Assembly: GCF_036971445.1 (NCBI RefSeq)
Contig: NC_091477.1
Coordinates: 32,860,001 to 32,924,000 of the forward strand
Length of the DNA stretch: 64,000 bases
Reading direction: 5' to 3'
From: Narcine bancroftii
Taxonomy: Eukaryota
The notes beneath the pieces are model-generated. The model did not search any database, had not been told where the DNA came from, and was given only the letters and a program-made list of their open reading frames with translations. Within the stretch, counting starts at the first letter, position 1. Every line of letters begins with the position of its first letter. Position numbers and translations under genes: made by a program. Shown one piece after another: positions 61,283-64,000 of the stretch.

Positions 61283-62641
61283 TGCATAAATTGACCTGGA
61301 AATATGCTTTGGGAGGTTTACCATGACTATGAATTACTATGAAGCTGCTCAATTAAAATTTATTAATCATATGTTAGATGTTTCGTATCATCCCAGTTGG
61401 GCTAGAGTCGAATTAGCTAATATTTCAGAATTTTATCCTCATCAGTTTATACTTAAGTGGAATCCTGTTTTATTGCAGAAATATAATGTGCCAGTTTTAA
61501 AACATTTATTAGAAATTTGGAATAAAAGGAATTTTATTATAGGCACAAAAGGTAAAATACCAGTTCAAACTCCATTATATCAAAATAGACATTTCTTTTT
61601 CTTTGAATAATAGATTTTTAGAGGAATGGCAGATGCAAGGTATAAAAGTGTTAGAGGATTGTTTTGAGAAAGGTAAGTTTCTTTCTTTTAAATCGGCTTA
61701 GGGAGAAATTTGGAATATCAGCGAATTCTTTATTTGTGTATATTAAGTTAGAGCATTAGTGAAAGATAATTTTGGAAGAGAAATGAAAATTCGCAAGTTA
61801 ATATAATTTGAATTTTTGATTACTCATTCGTCAAATAAGGGTATTATTTCTGATATGTATACATTGTTGCAGGATACTATGGATAAACCAAATTTAGATA
61901 AATCTAAGAGTAAATGGGAAAGGGATTTAATTTGTGATATCGATCAAGAAGATGATGTGTTATGATGGAGTGACTAAATTGCTTAATGTAAGATACAGTG
62001 TGGTTAATTATAATTTTTTGCATCAGTTGTATATGACCCCTGAGAAATTGAAGAAATATGGATTTAGTGATTCAGAGGTGTGTTTTAGATGTGGACAATG
62101 TACAGGAACCTTTTTTTTACATTCAGTTTGGTTTTGTGATAAGGTTCAACCATTTTGGCAAACAATTAGAGAATTTCTTCAAAAATTGTTTAATATTACA
62201 TTTTTATTAGATCCAAAAAAATTTTTGTTAGGTTATACTGGTTCATTTAATGATTGGGGTTGATAAATTTCAGATAGCTTTTCTTTGTTTAGCATTGGCT
62301 ATTGTGCGTAAATGTGTGGCGATTTCTTGGAAGGATGATGTTGAAGTGAATACAATTCGCTGGCATAATGAGTTGAGATTTTGTATTATATGGAAAAAAT
62401 AACAGAATTTGTGTGATAATTCTAATTTTTTTGTTCCGATGTGGTCACCTTATTTGAAATGTATGGGCTTAGTAATATCTTAAGGTATTGTCTGGGTTTT
62501 TAGTACTTTTTTTGCTCCCCTTGCGGGGTTTGCTGAGGGTGGGGAGTGGGTGGGTTGGGGTTAGCTTTAGTTTATTTTGATTTCTACTTTATGTATTGTT
62601 TCATAATATTTTGAAAATTTTAAATAAAGTTTGAAAAACAA
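61283..62641 (+). mobile_element. 5'-truncated L1-clade LINE 3' fragment
   Basis: Zinc-binding CFRCGQCTGTFFLHSVWFC; AATAAA plus A-rich tail; 16-bp TSD AGAACGGATCTAGAGT (61267-61282) / AGAACTGATCTCGAGT (62642-62657), 14/16. Confidence 0.85.
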
Positions 62642-63386
62642 AGAACTGATCTCGAGTGTCTGACAAGTGATCTGCATGCTGGGATTAGCATTAAAGAGAT
62701 ATGATCTGAGTATCCGAGGTGGGGCGGGGCTCCACCCAATAGATGTGGGAAATGTTTGAAAACACAAGATCCAATGTGTTTGCCCCGCTTGTAGCAAGGT
62801 CCACGTACTGACTTGGTTTTCGCCTGGTTGAAATCCCCATTGATAATAAACAGTCCATCAGGGTATGCAGTCTGCAGTTCGCTTAAAGCGCCATACAATT
62901 CCCAGATTGCCATCGCCTCCTTGCGTTAGCACAGGGTGGGGTGGTAAATTCCTGCAGTAGATAAATGGTCTACATCTGACAGTCACAAATTCCACCAGTG
63001 CTGAGCAGTGACTGGAGACTAGTATTTTGTAAAAATTAAAAACACTTTTTAATGATATGTAACTGTAAAACAAAAATAAAACTAATGGTCCTGGAGAGGT
63101 CGCTGCATACTGCATCACGCCGCTTTCTGATCCAGAATAGAGTATACCAAATTACTGTTATACTGGTACATTTTATGGTATCTTCCAAATGGATCAGAAC
63201 ATATAGCATTCATAAATCATCCAGTGCCTATTTTTCAACTTTACAGGACATCTGCCCAAAAGGGACAGAATGATACTTTCTGCAAGTAGTCAATAGACAA
63301 ATTAACATTCATCGGATTGGATTATACCAAATTAAAATGCATAAACTTTCATCTATGATGATAATGAAAACCAAATCTGTACATAC

Positions 63387-63652
63387 TGTTGGATCTTCAT
63401 TAAGGTCATATAAGCAGACATAATAGTGCCGGAGGGTTGATTGCTCAGTAGTATCCTCTTGATTATATATTTCACAATGTGATCAGGTGGATAATGTAGA
63501 GGGGACACAAAATCCATCAAAAACTGAAGAGTCCCTTGGTAAAAGTTTTCATCAATAGTGCTGTTTATCAAACTGTATTGTCTTTGAGAGATCATCTCTG
63601 GTTCCTTTGATCCATTTCGATTAGCTGATGATGAATGGGTATTTTGAGTTAC
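63387..63652 (-). CDS. SIMC1: SIMC1 exon (upstream exons lie beyond the window)
   Basis: VTQNTHSSSANRNGSKEPEMISQRQYSLINSTIDENFYQGTLQFLMDFVSPLHYPPDHIVKYIIKRILL...AYMTLMKIQ-Q; phase 2 joins exon 45457-45526. Confidence 0.93.
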
Positions 63653-64000
63653 CTGATGGAAAATGAAAAAAAAGTGAACAAATGCATCAAGAAAAGCATG
63701 TTAGTTTTTAAGGTATGGCAAAGCTATTTAAAGCACTGTCTTGCAGATTTGTAGTATTGCCTTGTCCAGACTAGGACTGTCTTAGTGACTACACAAGGTC
63801 AAAAAGGCCAGGAAGTTAATGTAGATGATAAAATTTGTATATCTCAGTCAGGAGTGTTTGACAGACCACAAATTAGGAATGCGCTTTAGCCAGAGTTCCT
63901 ATACCTGCCTTTGATGAGATATAGGCAAGATCAAAATGGGACTTTGCTTGGAGACCTCCATTTTCAATCAGAAGCTGGTTTATAATTAAGATTCAGATTT

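Larger units (their letters stand above)
51100..63020 (-). mobile_element. One Rex/Babar LINE split into four pieces (about 62642-63020, 60509-61282, 53572-54282, 51100-51540) by nested insertions
   Basis: Coding sequence is continuous across the inserts: GDFNQ endonuclease..RHSRSVL|KWVKTWP; PVPKK|[17 protein letters not shown]; KSTKF|AENLIWS..VEKIIG. Confidence 0.82.

Overview
Vertebrate genomic DNA, not prokaryotic. V-SINE/HE1-type SINEs, CR1, Rex/Babar, Penelope and CsRn1-type Gypsy repeats point to a cartilaginous fish, probably a ray (inference). The window holds the conserved block HIGD2A (-, first coding exon only), NOP16 (+, complete, 5 exons, 174 aa), [ARL10 position], KIAA1191 (+, complete, 7 coding exons, 308 aa) and SIMC1 (-, last 8 coding exons). 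All exon junctions were checked by hand for GT-AG and phase. Gene identities rest on recalled similarity to human proteins and recalled synteny, not on a database search. Main surprises: (1) at the ARL10 position only a decayed GTPase exon remains, a candidate unitary pseudogene beside a still motif-rich promoter; (2) a Gypsy element in NOP16 intron 1 has, in place of a tRNA primer-binding site, a 16-nt sequence complementary to its own LTR poly(A)-signal region, plus a ~220-codon in-frame extension upstream of Gag; (3) a young RTE LINE has a twin-priming-type 5' inversion and a perfect 13-bp TSD; (4) a ~12-kb three-level transposon nest sits in a SIMC1 intron; (5) inverted LINE copies flank a phase-symmetric 231-nt SIMC1 exon pair, a circRNA candidate.
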